Positions 35,395 through 36,613 of a stretch of 36,613 nt of DNA are shown here, one piece after another. The position numbers and the translations under genes are program-made. Where the stretch lies: positions 1-36,613 of the forward strand of contig DUKA01000095.1 in the NCBI GenBank assembly GCA_013329615.1, in the 5' to 3' direction. Numbering within the stretch: the stretch's first letter is position 1; each line of letters starts with the position of its first letter. This DNA comes from Candidatus Bathyarchaeota archaeon. Its GTDB lineage: Archaea > Thermoproteota > Bathyarchaeia > TCS64. The notes under the pieces were generated by a model. That model was not told where the DNA came from and ran no database searches. It was given only the letters and a program-made list of their open reading frames with translations.

Positions 35395-36438
35395 ATGTGT
35401 CAACTTGTCGGGTACATCGGCGACAGACCCATAGCGCCGCTCGTCCTAAAGGCGCTGGAGCTGCAGGAGCCATACTTCGCGGCCCACGCCACGGGGATGG
35501 GTGTAATCAACGCGAAGGAAAAAGTACAGGTCGAGAAGGCGACCGGCCCCGTCGCCGCCGTGAAGAAGACGACGAAGATAACGAAGCTCAGGGGAAACAT
35601 CGGCATCGGCCATAGCAGGTACAGCGCCTACGCGCGCGAAGACCCCCGCTACGACGCCGACAACATGTGCCACCCCTTCACGAACGACGCAGGCGACGTC
35701 GCCATGATGCACAACGGCGACATAGCCAACTTCAAGGAGCACTGGGCGCGCCTCAAGCCGAGCCACAAGTTCAAGGGATACAACCCAGCCATCGACTGGA
35801 TAACCGACAGCGAGGTCGCCGTCCACATGATAGACGACGAGGTCAAGAAGGGCGACGGCTTCGACAAGGCACTACGCACTGTCATGCCCAAGCTCACAGG
35901 GCAGGTTCTCCTCTGCCTCATTAGCGAGGCGGAGCCCGAGACCATCTGGCTCGCCAACAGGTGGCAGCCCTGCTGCATAGGGATAGGTAAAGACGAGGTC
36001 ATCTGGACGAGCAGCCTCGCCGGCATGGACCCGATAAAGGACGAGTTGAAGAAGGTATACCAGCCGCCGAAGAACAGTCTCATCAAGCTGACCCGCGGCA
36101 AGGCTGAGGTCAGCGTCCTCGACCCCAACTACAAGGTCCACGACCTCAAGCTGAGCAAGAAGATTCTCAGGGAGGGGATCCTGAGCATCCTCGGCGTCGC
36201 GAATCTCGACTTCTTGCGCCTATGGTACGCACTCGACAAGACCCACTGGGCGAAAGCCTACGGCGTCGATCAGGAGCAGTGGAAGGCGCTCCGCCGCGAT
36301 TACGGCGTCAGCATAGTCAACCCCTTCATCGAGGTCCTCGACGAGCTCATCGAGGCAGGAAAGATCAAGAAGTGGATCGACTACCGCGCCGAGGGCTGCG
36401 ACGCGAAGACGCCCCGCTTCATGTATGGGCTCCCCTAG
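35395..36438 (+). CDS. Class II glutamine amidotransferase (Ntn hydrolase) domain protein with unknown C-terminal domain
   Basis: N-terminal Met-Cys, GHSRYS, NMCHPF, HNGDIAN, TDSEV; no SIS domains. Confidence 0.85.
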   Translation: MCQLVGYIGDRPIAPLVLKALELQEPYFAAHATGMGVINAKEKVQVEKATGPVAAVKKTTKITKLRGNIGIGHSRYSAYAREDPRYDADNMCHPFTNDAGDVAMMHNGDIANFKEHWARLKPSHKFKGYNPAIDWITDSEVAVHMIDDEVKKGDGFDKALRTVMPKLTGQVLLCLISEAEPETIWLANRWQPCCIGIGKDEVIWTSSLAGMDPIKDELKKVYQPPKNSLIKLTRGKAEVSVLDPNYKVHDLKLSKKILREGILSILGVANLDFLRLWYALDKTHWAKAYGVDQEQWKALRRDYGVSIVNPFIEVLDELIEAGKIKKWIDYRAEGCDAKTPRFMYGLP

Positions 36439-36495
36439 TTTTTTAGGCAAGCTTAAACTTTATATTTTAGGCGCGCTTAAAATCCCTGACCCGGG

Positions 36496-36613
36496 ATGAG
36501 TGAGAGCGTCGAAGAGTACCTAGAAGCCATATACGCGTTCAACGAGAGCGGAGAACTGGCAAAGAACCAAAACCTGGCTGAGAAGCTGCGCGTATCCCCC
36601 GCGAGCGTCACCC
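36496..36613 (+). CDS. DtxR/MntR family metal-dependent transcriptional regulator (partial)
   Basis: Manual translation MSESVEEYLEAIYAFNESGELAKNQNLAEKLRVSPASVT, the canonical DtxR N-terminal HTH; truncated by the window end. Confidence 0.88.
   Translation, partial: MSESVEEYLEAIYAFNESGELAKNQNLAEKLRVSPASVT

Overview
GC-rich archaeal chromosomal window. The evidence is a TFB gene, archaeal pantoate kinase, a TrmB-type regulator, rpl13-rps9 plus an L13e-like gene, and TATA-type promoters. L13e suggests a TACK lineage such as Bathyarchaeia (inference only). There are about 36 CDSs, mostly amino-acid metabolism: ilvB-ilvH-ilvC, a second ilvB-ilvH pair, thrC, a PatB/MalY-type PLP enzyme, divergent gcvPA/gcvPB with an SDR, an M20 deacylase, a nitrilase and a class II amidotransferase. 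Also present are a four-gene uncharacterised membrane cluster (DUF6754-like) and a regulatory island (small ORF-TFB divergent from TrmB-like and MEDS genes). No rRNA, canonical tRNA, CRISPR array or mobile element was seen. The most notable observation is that both ilvB paralogues, 26 kb apart and on opposite strands, are preceded by the same leader architecture. It consists of a conserved TATA-like box, an SD-like sequence, a 14-codon uORF abutting a 7-codon uORF (MGYRFI.../MGYRFIR and MGYCFV.../MGNRILS, with a branched-chain residue always at codon 6), and positionally conserved hairpins of different sequence. This is a candidate archaeal leader-peptide/attenuation system for branched-chain amino-acid synthesis.
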